Of a stretch of 47,828 nt of DNA, positions 9,480-18,477 are shown piece by piece (position 1 is the stretch's first letter; each line of letters begins with the position of its first letter). This DNA is from Saprospiraceae bacterium. GTDB lineage: Bacteria; Bacteroidota; Bacteroidia; Chitinophagales; Saprospiraceae. The notes beneath the pieces were generated by a model. It saw only the letters and a program-made list of their open reading frames with translations, was not told the origin of the DNA and did no database searches. The stretch spans positions 1 to 47,828 of the forward strand of contig JAYWGG010000356.1 of NCBI GenBank assembly GCA_043778415.1. Direction: 5' to 3'. A program made the translations under genes and the position numbers.

Positions 9480-10492
9480 TGCAAATAAAAAAAGACCTTA
9501 TACAGCAAATACAAGCCATCATAGCCAATGCACAAGCAAAGGCTATCCGTGCCGTAGATACGGAAAGGGTATTGATGTACTGGCAAATTGGCAAAGTAAT
9601 ATTTGAAGAGGAGCAGCAAGGGAAAAACCGTGCCGATTATGGTTCTTTTTTAATAAAATCCTTAGCAGAAAGCTTGCAACCACAGTTTGGCAGTGGCTTT
9701 TCTTACCGTCAATTAAACTGGTATAGACAGTTTTATAAAGGGTTTCCAATTGTGTCCGCACTGCGGACACAATTCAGTTGGTCACACTACAAAACATTGT
9801 TAAGTATCGACAGTCAAGATAAAAAAGACTTTTACATAGCCGAGACAGAGAAAAACAACTGGACAGCAAGGCAACTGGAACGCCAAGTAAATAGCCAATT
9901 ATTTGAACGCTTATTATTGAGCAATGATGTGCAAAGTGTGTTGGCAGTAGCCCGTGAAGAAAAACTACCTACGGATGCTAAAGAAATTATTAAAGACCCA
10001 ATGGTATTGGAATTTTTGGGCTTACGCAGAGAAACAGCGTACTACGAAAAAGATTTAGAAACCGCCATCATTACCCATTTACAGGATTTTATTTTAGAAT
10101 TGGGCAATGGTTTTTCGTTTGTAGCGAGGCAAAAACGCATATATATTGAAGGCGATGAATTTTTTATAGACTTGGTTTTTTATAATCGCTTGTTGCAATG
10201 CTTTGTAATTATTGAAATAAAAACCACCAAATTAACCCATCAAAACATTGGGCAATTGCAGATGTATGTAAATTATTACGATAGGTTTGAAAAACAAGAT
10301 TTTGAAAACAATGCTATTGGCATTTTGCTTTGCACCGATAAAAACGATGCAGTAGTTAAAATTACATTACCTGAAAACAATAAAAATATTATAGCCAGTA
10401 AATACCAACTCTATTTACCTACTGAGCAGCAATTGATAGATGAAGTAAAAAAGGAAATCGAAAAATTAGACAATAGCAAAACTAACCAATGA
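9476..10492 (+). CDS. YhcG/DUF1016-family PD-(D/E)xK nuclease-like protein, paralog B
   Basis: 338 aa. YWQIGKVIFEEEQQGKNRADYG block. C-terminal FFIDLVFYNRLLQCFVIIEIKTTKLTHQNIGQLQMYV, giving D...ExK. ATGA overlaps with both the hsdS stop and the hsdR start. Confidence 0.8.
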   Translation: MMQIKKDLIQQIQAIIANAQAKAIRAVDTERVLMYWQIGKVIFEEEQQGKNRADYGSFLIKSLAESLQPQFGSGFSYRQLNWYRQFYKGFPIVSALRTQFSWSHYKTLLSIDSQDKKDFYIAETEKNNWTARQLERQVNSQLFERLLLSNDVQSVLAVAREEKLPTDAKEIIKDPMVLEFLGLRRETAYYEKDLETAIITHLQDFILELGNGFSFVARQKRIYIEGDEFFIDLVFYNRLLQCFVIIEIKTTKLTHQNIGQLQMYVNYYDRFEKQDFENNAIGILLCTDKNDAVVKITLPENNKNIIASKYQLYLPTEQQLIDEVKKEIEKLDNSKTNQ

Positions 10493-13400
10493 TAAAGAGC
10501 AACGATAAAACCACGGGTAATTTAGGTTCATCGCTTAAATTAGATGAAAAAAGCCACGTTGAACAACCGTTCATTGAGCAGTTAAAAGGTTTAGGCTGGA
10601 ACAAAGGCAGCAATCAAGTGTTGGAACTGCCCATGCAACAAACACCCGACCAGAGTTTTCGTACTTCGTTTGCAGAAGTGGTTTTGCAGCCCAAACTTCG
10701 CCAGTCATTAATGACAATCAATCCATTTTTAACAGATGTGCAAGTGGACGAAGTGGTTAGGAAGATGACTACTTTCCAGAAAATCAGCCTGATAGAAAAC
10801 AACCAGCAAGTGCTAACTTATCTGTTAGAAGGCACAAGAGTGGCTACCAATGAGCAAACAGGGGAACTCAGCCCGACGGTGCGGTTCATTGATTTTGAAA
10901 ACATTGAGAACAATATTTTTACAGCTATTTCGCAATTCAAAGTAAGAGTAACCGGCACAGACCACCACATAATACCCGACCTTGTATTATTTGTCAATGG
11001 TTTGCCTGTTGTAGTAATAGAAGCCAAATCATCAAAAGTAAAAGAATCCATTGCCGAAGCCATAGACCAGCTTATGCGGTATAGTGAACAACGAGGCGAC
11101 ACAGGCGAAGGCAACAAAGAATTATTTTTTTACAATCAGTTTATCATTGCTACCTGCCGTACCGAAGCCAAGTTTGGCACCATAACCACAGGTATAGAAA
11201 AACACTTTTATCGTTGGACAGACCCCTATCCTCGGTCATTGAATGATTTGGAACACGGTGCATCTAGCCCAAACGACCAGCAACGTATGGTTGCAGGTAT
11301 GTTGGATTTAAGAAACCTATTAGACATAATTCAGGTATTTACCGTTTTTCAAATAGACGATAAAGGCAAAAAAATAAAAGTAGTAGGCAGATACCAACAG
11401 TTTAGAGCAGTAAAAATAACAGCTAAAAGGCTAATAGAGGGTAGAAATCCACTGGAGCGTGGCGGTATTATTTGGCACACACAAGGTTCGGGCAAGTCGC
11501 TTACAATGATGTTTTTGGTAAGAGAAATGCGGCTAAAGCCAGCTTTGCAGTCTTGGAAAATAGTTTTTGTAACCGATAGAACACAATTAGAAGAACAGCT
11601 ATCCGAAACTGGGCACAGCATCGGTTTTACCATCAAAAACGCAAACTACATCAACTCTAAAGCCAAGCCAGACGGTAAGAGTTTGAAAGAATTATTGAGC
11701 AATGATAACTCGGATATGGTAATGGCGATGATTCATAAGTTTCAAGAAAATGGAGAGTTGGAAGGCTCGCCGCAATTTCCCGAATTAAATGCCAATAGCA
11801 ATATTTTAGTAATGACCGATGAAGCCCATCGTGCTCAATATTCAATACTTGCAGCTAATTTAGACAAAGCTTTACCCAATGCCACATCAATAGGTTTTAC
11901 GGGTACACCCACAAGCAAAACCGAAAAAAAATATAAAGATTACATTGATAAATACACCATGCGGCAGGCAATAGATGATGGCGTTACTTTAGAAATAGTA
12001 TATGAAGGCTTTACTCACAATGCCGAAATTCCTGATAAAGCTGGAATGGATAAAAAGTTTGAAGATGTATTTAGCGATTATCAACTAACAGAACGCTTAC
12101 AGATATTAGGCTTTGGTACTCGTGATGCTTATTTAGAAGCCATTGAAACCATTAGAGATAAGGCAAAAAATATGGTAACACACTATGTAGAGCAAATATT
12201 TACAGGTGGTTTTAAGGCTCAAATAGTTGCCAATAGCCGTGAAGCAGCAGTAAGGTATAAAGTGGCTATTGAGGAAGCATTAAAGCAAAAAATTGCTGAA
12301 TTGGAAATTAGCAAATCCATAATGGATGTAAAAATAGATGTGCTAAAAAAACTTGAGGTTGCAGTAGTTATTTCAGGCAGTCATAACGATGCTTTGCATA
12401 TAAAGGCATTTACCAATGGTGATTATCACAAAAAGAGTATTAAGCGTTTCAAACTTCCATTTGGCAAAACAGATGAAGAAGATACAGCCCTTAATGGCAA
12501 TGTAGGTATCATCATAGTAAACAATATGTTGCTTACTGGCTTTGATGCACCTATTGAGCAAGTAATGTATTTAGATAGAGTAATAAAAGAACACAATTTA
12601 TTACAAGCTATTGCAAGGGTAAACAGAATTGGCTCTGAAGGCAAAAACAAAGGATTTATTGTTGATTATGTAGGTGTAGGGCATCATTTAAAACGAGCTT
12701 TAGATACTTATGCCAAAAAAGAAATACAAGACATTTTAGGATGTATTAGTAACGATGAAGCAGAACTAAATGAACTTATAAAAGCACACAAGGACATTTG
12801 GGAATTTCTTGAAAAGAACGGCTTAACAGATTTTTCGGATGCTGATTTGTTCAATGATATTTTTTATGATGAAGACATACGATTTGAATATATCAAGTTG
12901 TTTAAAAAATTCACTTCTTGTTTTAATGATGTTTTACCAAAAAAAGAAGCCTTAAAATTTTTTACTGACTGGAAAAGTTTTATTGAAATAAATGAATTAG
13001 CACACAGACACTTTAGAGATGGTCGTTTCAGTATGAAGGATATTCCACCAAAATTGAGAGGCATCGCAGATGAATTTTTGAAGAGTAAAGGCTTAGAACA
13101 AACCGTTGCACCAATTTCAATTATGGCAGATAACTTTCAACAAGGGGTAAACGCAAAGAAAAGAGAAAAAACAAAAGCAGCCGAAGTAGAACACGCCATT
13201 AGGCATTACATTGATATTAATTTAGATGAAGACCCCGCATTGTTTGCTTCGTTTGCCAAGACCTTGGAGGAGATTTTAGAAAACTTCAAAGGCAACTGGA
13301 AAGCAATCTATGAAGAGTTAGAAAAACTAAGGGAGAAAATTAAGAACAGAGAAAAGGAAGAAACCTACGGTTTAGACCGCAAAAAACAAATGCCTTTCTT

Positions 13401-13686
13401 CAATTCATTTAAAGATTACCTATTTGAAAATAGAAAATTAACCGATGAAGAAATTGCCCAAAACGTAAACCTAACTCAGCATATTTTCAATTTAGTTTCC
13501 ACCGAAATAAAATTGACAGGCTTTTGGGATAGTACTCCGGCACAGTCTAAACTCAAAGCAGAATTGCAAAAGATGCTGTTATCGACAGAGTTCAATAAAT
13601 TACCGAACATTGTGCTGAAAAGAAGCGAGTTGATTTCAAGAATAATGGAGTTGGCGGAAACCAATCATTTTAAAATTATTGCATAA
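10489..13686 (+). CDS. hsdR: Type I restriction endonuclease subunit HsdR
   Basis: 1065 aa. N-terminal PD-(D/E)xK (IIPDLVLFVNGLPVVVIEAKS). Helicase motif I TQGSGKSLTM, motif II MTDEAHRAQ, and QAIARVNR. Confidence 0.95.
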   Translation: MIKSNDKTTGNLGSSLKLDEKSHVEQPFIEQLKGLGWNKGSNQVLELPMQQTPDQSFRTSFAEVVLQPKLRQSLMTINPFLTDVQVDEVVRKMTTFQKISLIENNQQVLTYLLEGTRVATNEQTGELSPTVRFIDFENIENNIFTAISQFKVRVTGTDHHIIPDLVLFVNGLPVVVIEAKSSKVKESIAEAIDQLMRYSEQRGDTGEGNKELFFYNQFIIATCRTEAKFGTITTGIEKHFYRWTDPYPRSLNDLEHGASSPNDQQRMVAGMLDLRNLLDIIQVFTVFQIDDKGKKIKVVGRYQQFRAVKITAKRLIEGRNPLERGGIIWHTQGSGKSLTMMFLVREMRLKPALQSWKIVFVTDRTQLEEQLSETGHSIGFTIKNANYINSKAKPDGKSLKELLSNDNSDMVMAMIHKFQENGELEGSPQFPELNANSNILVMTDEAHRAQYSILAANLDKALPNATSIGFTGTPTSKTEKKYKDYIDKYTMRQAIDDGVTLEIVYEGFTHNAEIPDKAGMDKKFEDVFSDYQLTERLQILGFGTRDAYLEAIETIRDKAKNMVTHYVEQIFTGGFKAQIVANSREAAVRYKVAIEEALKQKIAELEISKSIMDVKIDVLKKLEVAVVISGSHNDALHIKAFTNGDYHKKSIKRFKLPFGKTDEEDTALNGNVGIIIVNNMLLTGFDAPIEQVMYLDRVIKEHNLLQAIARVNRIGSEGKNKGFIVDYVGVGHHLKRALDTYAKKEIQDILGCISNDEAELNELIKAHKDIWEFLEKNGLTDFSDADLFNDIFYDEDIRFEYIKLFKKFTSCFNDVLPKKEALKFFTDWKSFIEINELAHRHFRDGRFSMKDIPPKLRGIADEFLKSKGLEQTVAPISIMADNFQQGVNAKKREKTKAAEVEHAIRHYIDINLDEDPALFASFAKTLEEILENFKGNWKAIYEELEKLREKIKNREKEETYGLDRKKQMPFFNSFKDYLFENRKLTDEEIAQNVNLTQHIFNLVSTEIKLTGFWDSTPAQSKLKAELQKMLLSTEFNKLPNIVLKRSELISRIMELAETNHFKIIA

Positions 13687-13706
13687 TTGTCAATTATTAA
13701 TTATTT

Positions 13707-14441
13707 GTGATGGAAGAGAAAAAAACATATAATAGTGATAAATTTGCTCAATTAGTCATTAACAATTTACCATTAATAACTATTAAATATAGTAAAATAC
13801 GTAAAACGGTAAATATTACCGTTGAAAGAGATAGGCGTATTGTAGTCACTGCCCCCGAAGAAACGTCTTTAGAAAAAATAGAAGAAATAATACAATCAAA
13901 AAAACAATGGTTGAAAGAAAAAATAAACCATGCCCAGAAGTATCCAGTTGAAGTTCAGCAAAAAGAATTTGTATCTGGTGAAGCCATTATGTATTTAGGA
14001 ACAAATTACCAACTAGAAGTAGTAAACGAAGCTATTGAGGGAATTGAGTTTGAGCAAAGATTCAGAATTTCTAAAGCCAATCAACCCAATGCAAATGCTT
14101 TATTTAAACATTGGTACTTACATCAAGCATTAAAGTTAATTGAACCATTGGCTGCCAATTTTGCAAAGAATTTAGGTGTAATATATAATGAGTTCAAAAC
14201 CTCCGAAATGAAATATCGTTGGGGTTCTTGCACTCCTGCCAATAATATCATTTTCAATTGGCGAATTATCAAAGCACCGATGTATGTTTTGGAGTATTTA
14301 GTAGCCCACGAATTAGTACATTTAATGGAGAACAATCACACACCGAGATTTTGGAATATACTATCCATACAAGTACCTAATTATTTGAAAGCAAAAAAAT
14401 GGCTCAAAGAAAATGGACATTTGTTGGAGGTAGACTTTTAA
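13707..14441 (+). CDS. DUF45/YgjP-like (M48-related) zinc metallopeptidase-fold protein
   Basis: 244 aa with HExxH in LVAHELVHLMENNHTPRFW near the C-terminus. Sits 20 nt downstream of hsdR on the same strand. Confidence 0.75.
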   Translation: MMEEKKTYNSDKFAQLVINNLPLITIKYSKIRKTVNITVERDRRIVVTAPEETSLEKIEEIIQSKKQWLKEKINHAQKYPVEVQQKEFVSGEAIMYLGTNYQLEVVNEAIEGIEFEQRFRISKANQPNANALFKHWYLHQALKLIEPLAANFAKNLGVIYNEFKTSEMKYRWGSCTPANNIIFNWRIIKAPMYVLEYLVAHELVHLMENNHTPRFWNILSIQVPNYLKAKKWLKENGHLLEVDF

Positions 14442-14442
14442 C

Positions 14443-14798
14443 TAACTCATGTTACGCAAAGAAACTTTTTTACCAAAATTTTCAAACTGCATTTTATTCA
14501 AGGTGACTGTATTTTCAGACGTGCCTGGTAGAAATTCAAGTTTTTGCAAAAATATCGTCTGGCGAAGTAAAAACTGTTTGAAGTCTGGCGGAGCCGACGA
14601 GTATTTTTTGCGCGCCGACGAGATTTTTAAGCAAAAACTTGAATCTCTACAGAGTATTTGATTTTTTTGCTTACTTTCTTCTCCCTCCCCTCTGGGAAAG
14701 GTCGGGTTGGGGATAAAAAAAGTGACAAAGGACAAGAAAATTACCACAAAAATCAAGCTCAAGTGAGCCAATTTAAAATCCTTGCGTAACATGAGTTA
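14443..14798. repeat. 356-bp element bounded by perfect 17-bp inverted repeats (MITE-like or structured element)
   Basis: taactcatgttacgcaa (14443-14459) is the exact reverse complement of 14782-14798. A nested 13-bp inverted repeat ttcaagtttttgc (14535-14547) pairs with gcaaaaacttgaa (14631-14643). An internal direct repeat gccgacgag occurs twice. Confidence 0.7.
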
Positions 14799-14823
14799 AT
14801 AAAACAAATATTTTGAGTAAAAT

Positions 14824-14862
14824 AAAAAAAAGACCGTGCGAAATCCGCACGGTCTTTTTTTG
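14824..14862. terminator. Bidirectional intrinsic terminator
   Basis: 10-bp stem agaccgtgcg / cgcacggtct with a 5-nt loop, an A-run upstream and a T-run downstream. Lies between the Type I islet and the convergent MbnP-like gene. Confidence 0.8.
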
Positions 14863-14881
14863 TTTAGAAGTAACTTTTCTC

Positions 14882-15628
14882 CTACTTCAAGCTAAAAGCA
14901 CTCTGATATTGCTTGGTGATGAATACCGAAACGACAGTATCTTGAGTGCTGTGCGCCGTTTGGTGGAGCGTAATATCTACATTTTCGGTCGCATTTTCTA
15001 AAATTTTGTTTACATCAAACTGCACCGCCAGCTTCTGGTTGGAGTCGTTGATACTAAAATTTTTGTTGAGCGTGACTTCGCGATAAAAGCGGTCGGCGCC
15101 CGTGTGGTAGGCAAAATAAACCACGCCATTGTTGGACGAAAATTGCCCTTCGGTCTTCGAGAAAATATAACTGCGCCAGCTGCTCCAATACTCGGCGGTT
15201 TCTGAAAGCGGATTATCGCCCCCAAAATCGGCGGGCGTTTTAGCATTTTCGCCACTTCCTACACCGATACCGAAGCGCAAACCTTTGTATTCGCCACTCG
15301 GAATATTTTTTAGAGTAAGATTTTGCCCTGCCGCAGCAGCGTTAATATCCGAAAAACTCAAGTCCACGAAGCTCGTCGGCAACACATTTACTTCCGAGCC
15401 GTCGGTTTTTATCAGTCGAGTGTTGGAGAGATAAAACGCAGACCTCGTGAACTTCAAGGGTTTTGACTGGTAAGTTACAGGCTGCAACATCACCAACGGC
15501 TGCCCCGAATAGTTGGCAGTAAAATTGAGCTGTGCTGTGTTACCCATGTTTTTGTCAGTGGTCGTGCAGTTAGAAAAAAGCGATGCCACAGAAGCAAACG
15601 CAAGCAAAATAAGGAATTTATTTTTCAT
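14882..15628 (-). CDS. MbnP-like lipoprotein (putative)
   Basis: Lipoprotein signal MKNKFLILLAFASVASLFSNC. I chose this internal Met; the ORF track extends to 15658. Blocks FYLSNTRLIKTDGSEV and YHTGADRFYREVTL resemble the MbnP family as I recall it. Confidence 0.5.
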   Translation of the reverse strand: MKNKFLILLAFASVASLFSNCTTTDKNMGNTAQLNFTANYSGQPLVMLQPVTYQSKPLKFTRSAFYLSNTRLIKTDGSEVNVLPTSFVDLSFSDINAAAAGQNLTLKNIPSGEYKGLRFGIGVGSGENAKTPADFGGDNPLSETAEYWSSWRSYIFSKTEGQFSSNNGVVYFAYHTGADRFYREVTLNKNFSINDSNQKLAVQFDVNKILENATENVDITLHQTAHSTQDTVVSVFITKQYQSAFSLK

Positions 15629-15691
15629 CTGTTCAGATTTTTTTGTGAGAATAATCATACTCTCAAACGTTTGAAAATTGATTTTGTTATG

Positions 15692-16534
15692 TCAAGGCAG
15701 CACAAAAAAAGCGGACGATGTGTTGCTAAAAATCGTATTGGCAACGGTCAGGTCGTCGTCGGTGCTAAACTGGACGTTCTGAAACCACTTTTTAAAGTTG
15801 ATGCCCAATTTTAGGGTAATGTCGTAGCCGACGCGAATTTTTCTGTTGAAAGAGAGAGAAACCAACGCCGCTTGAGGTTTAGAAATAATAATTTGAGAGG
15901 GCAAAAGCCCCGCTACGGTGTCGCGTTGGAACGAAATTTTATTAAAAAAATAGCCTTTGCTGGCGTTCCACATCGTGTCGGGCTGCACTCCCAACACGGA
16001 GTTTGCCGCGAATTTGGTGGTGTCCACCTGATTGAAGTAATCGGAAAGCCCTACCCGAAACTGCAAGGTCGTAAAAAAACCGTTGTCCGCAAAAGTCCCC
16101 AACGAAAACGATTTGAAAGATTGATTGTCGGGCGAAACGAGCAGAATATCTTTGCGAGCAAAACTATCTTTAGAGTTGCCGATGTGAAACGTATCGGACA
16201 CTGTAGCTACCGAACCGTCGGCTCTAATGAACTGAAAATCAGACAGATAGAATTTTATTTTGTGGATACTAAAAAATTGAACTCCGTCCGTCGTATATTT
16301 TTTGTCATAAAAAAAAGTAATCAGCGAGTCGCCACGCGACGTGACGGTATCGGTTTTGAAGTAAGTTTCGAGCGTAAGTTTGGGATACACGCAGCAGCAA
16401 GTGTTGTCGGCGGACGGGTCGTAGTTGGCGGCACCAACGTCCAAACAGCCGTCTTTTGCTTTTTTGCAAGCCCCAAAAAGCAACAATAAAAGTACGATTT
16501 GTACTATCGAAATGCCTAATTTCTGACGGTTCAT
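15692..16534 (-). CDS. MbnP-like lipoprotein paralog (putative)
   Basis: Lipoprotein signal ...LLLLLFGACKK, Cys-rich GCLDVGAANYDPSADNTCCCVYP, and FYLSDFQFIRADGSV, which parallels the neighbouring gene. Confidence 0.45.
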   Translation of the reverse strand: MNRQKLGISIVQIVLLLLLFGACKKAKDGCLDVGAANYDPSADNTCCCVYPKLTLETYFKTDTVTSRGDSLITFFYDKKYTTDGVQFFSIHKIKFYLSDFQFIRADGSVATVSDTFHIGNSKDSFARKDILLVSPDNQSFKSFSLGTFADNGFFTTLQFRVGLSDYFNQVDTTKFAANSVLGVQPDTMWNASKGYFFNKISFQRDTVAGLLPSQIIISKPQAALVSLSFNRKIRVGYDITLKLGINFKKWFQNVQFSTDDDLTVANTIFSNTSSAFFVLP

Positions 16535-16580
16535 AGCTGGGCAAAAAAATTAAGAAAGGTGGAGTTACAAAATCAAAAAA

Positions 16581-17405
16581 CTACTTTGCACTGGCGGGAC
16601 TTTCGTAGTCTTTGAGTATCTTTTTGACCATTTGTTTGACTTGCGATGAAAATTCTTTGTTCAGAATCCAGTGGTAATATTGGCGGTCTTCGGAGAGTAT
16701 TTTGCCTGCTGGCTGCCCAATGTATTTCCCAAAATTAAAAACAATCGTGCCGTTGGCATCTAATTTGAGCTTTTGCGTAGCGTCCAAAGTCTTCAAATCA
16801 TTCGTAAATTCGTGCAGCACTTGCATATCGTTTTGGATAGGAGCGGGGACGAGGTTGCCGTCTTCGTCCAACAAATCTACGCCGTCGTAGCGAGCCAGCT
16901 GCCCTCTGAAAACGTCCGCCGTAGCACGCACGTCGGCGAGCGCGTCGTGTGCGTCTTCGAGTTCTTGCCCACAATAGAGGCGATAGGCGGCTTTGAGTGT
17001 CCGCGATTCCATTTTATAAAAAATTCGCTGTACGTCTATCGTTTTGCGCTTTTCTACGCTCCACTCTATGCCCGCGCGGTCAAATTCTTCCATCAAAATC
17101 GGTATGTCGAAGCGATTGGAGTTGTAGCCTGCCAAGTCTGCGCTGCCGATGAAGTCAAAAATCTGTTGAGCAACTTGCCCAAAAACGGGTTTGTTGGCGA
17201 GCATTTTGGGGGTGATGCCGTGTACTTTCATTGCTTCCTCTGCAATCGGAATGGTCGGATTGATGAGTAGAGAAAGCTCGGCGGGCGGCTGTCCGTTGGC
17301 AAAATATTTGATAAGTGCGATTTGCACGATTCTGTCGCGCACCACGTTGAGTCCCGTAGCCTCGATGTCAAAAAAAACGAGGTCGCGCTGAAGGTTGAAG
17401 TTCAT
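16581..17405 (-). CDS. DEDDh 3-prime to 5-prime exonuclease domain protein (DnaQ/epsilon-like)
   Basis: 274 aa with FFDIEATGL (ExoI), YNSNRFDIPIL (ExoII) and HDALADVRAT (ExoIII). Confidence 0.8.
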   Translation of the reverse strand: MNFNLQRDLVFFDIEATGLNVVRDRIVQIALIKYFANGQPPAELSLLINPTIPIAEEAMKVHGITPKMLANKPVFGQVAQQIFDFIGSADLAGYNSNRFDIPILMEEFDRAGIEWSVEKRKTIDVQRIFYKMESRTLKAAYRLYCGQELEDAHDALADVRATADVFRGQLARYDGVDLLDEDGNLVPAPIQNDMQVLHEFTNDLKTLDATQKLKLDANGTIVFNFGKYIGQPAGKILSEDRQYYHWILNKEFSSQVKQMVKKILKDYESPASAK

Positions 17406-17434
17406 AAGATAGTTGAGCGTTTGAATTTTTTTAT

Positions 17435-18304
17435 TTACCCCAGATAAGAGCGTAAGTCGCCTTTATTTTGAGTTTTGCGCAGTCGGCGGATAGCGCGTTC
17501 TTTTATTTGGCGCACGCGCTCGCGGGTAAGTCCATATACGTCGCCGATTTCTTCGAGTGTCAGGAGTTTGTAGCCGTTCAGCCCATAGAATGATGAAAGT
17601 ATTTCCATTTCGCGCGGCGCAAGCACCGAAAGTCCTTCCACTACTTCTGCTCGGAGCGATTGCTCCATGAGTTCGGACTCTGGATTGGCACCGTCGGATT
17701 CGCTTTGGAGGAAGTCGAGCATCGTTGCGTCGCTGTCTTCGCCGCCCATCGGTGCGTCAAAAGAGATGTGGCGAGTGTTGCCTTTCATCATGTTATTGAC
17801 TTCTTTGAGCGACAGTCCTAATATTTCCGCCAGTTCTTCGTTGCTGGGGTCGCGCTCAAACTCTTGCGAAAAAGAAATAAAGGCTTCATTTACTTTGTTG
17901 TAAGAGCCGACTTTGTTGATGGGCATTCGCACGATGCGAGAGTACTCGACGATGGCTTGCAGAATAGACTGGCGAACCCACCAAACGGCGTAAGAAATAA
18001 ATTTGAAGCCTTTGGTTTCGTCGAATCTTTTAGCGGCTTTTATCAGTCCGATGTTTCCTTCATTGATGAGGTCGGCGAGGGACATTCCTTGATTTTGATA
18101 TTGCTTGGCGACGGACACTACAAATCGGAGATTGGAGCGGGTCATCAGTTCGAGTGCGTCTTGGTCGCCGGCGCGGATTCGGCGAGCGAGTTCAGCTTCT
18201 TGCTCGGGCGTGAGCAAGGGTATTTTACCGATGTCATTGAGATATTTGTCGAGTGCAAGACTTTCTCTCGACGTGATTTTATGATTAATTTTTAGCTGCC
18301 GCAT
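17435..18304 (-). CDS. rpoD: Primary RNA polymerase sigma-70 factor
   Basis: 289 aa. Region 2 NLRFVVSVAKQY...GLIKAAKRFD...FISYAVWWVRQ. Region 4 TLEEIGDVYGLTRERVRQIKERAIRRLR. Confidence 0.93.
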   Translation of the reverse strand: MRQLKINHKITSRESLALDKYLNDIGKIPLLTPEQEAELARRIRAGDQDALELMTRSNLRFVVSVAKQYQNQGMSLADLINEGNIGLIKAAKRFDETKGFKFISYAVWWVRQSILQAIVEYSRIVRMPINKVGSYNKVNEAFISFSQEFERDPSNEELAEILGLSLKEVNNMMKGNTRHISFDAPMGGEDSDATMLDFLQSESDGANPESELMEQSLRAEVVEGLSVLAPREMEILSSFYGLNGYKLLTLEEIGDVYGLTRERVRQIKERAIRRLRKTQNKGDLRSYLG

Positions 18305-18477
18305 AATTATTTCTTTCAGTGGAATGGCTTTGGTTTCAGGCTTTTATTTATACGTTTGATGCCGATGAAAGTTACAAAAATATATTGGTCGGGGACGGAA
18401 AGTATGAAATAAAGATAAAAGTAAAATTTATTCATTTGTAAGAAGCTGTACCTAAATAGTTTTATATATTGGCAACA

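Noticed and set aside
14690-14712. tctgggaaaggtcgggttgggg, reminiscent of the RNase P RNA P4 motif GAGGAAAGUCCGGGC. It lies inside a ~356-nt element whose ends pair.
   Set aside because: The match is inexact (GGTCGGGT against GTCCGGGC). It lies near the 3-prime end rather than the 5-prime end. There is no ACAGAA..CCGGCUUA-type partner, and the region is far too AT-rich. It is not RNase P RNA.
14442-14792. A 116-aa minus-strand ORF and a 70-aa plus-strand ORF (14449-14661), both beginning MLRK.
   Set aside because: Both start codons come from the same 17-bp terminal inverted repeat (catgttacgcaa on each strand), so the matching N-termini are a repeat artefact. There is no recognisable domain, so I treat the region as a non-coding element rather than genes.
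3960-14862. The secA terminator and the terminator after the Type I islet share agaccgt.cg ... cg.acggtctttttt, which might be a duplicated insertion footprint of the islet.
   Set aside because: The shared sequence is only about 8 plus 12 nt of G+C-rich stem plus T-run. The loops and flanks differ. Convergent terminator-like sequence is an adequate explanation, and I cannot support a duplication claim.
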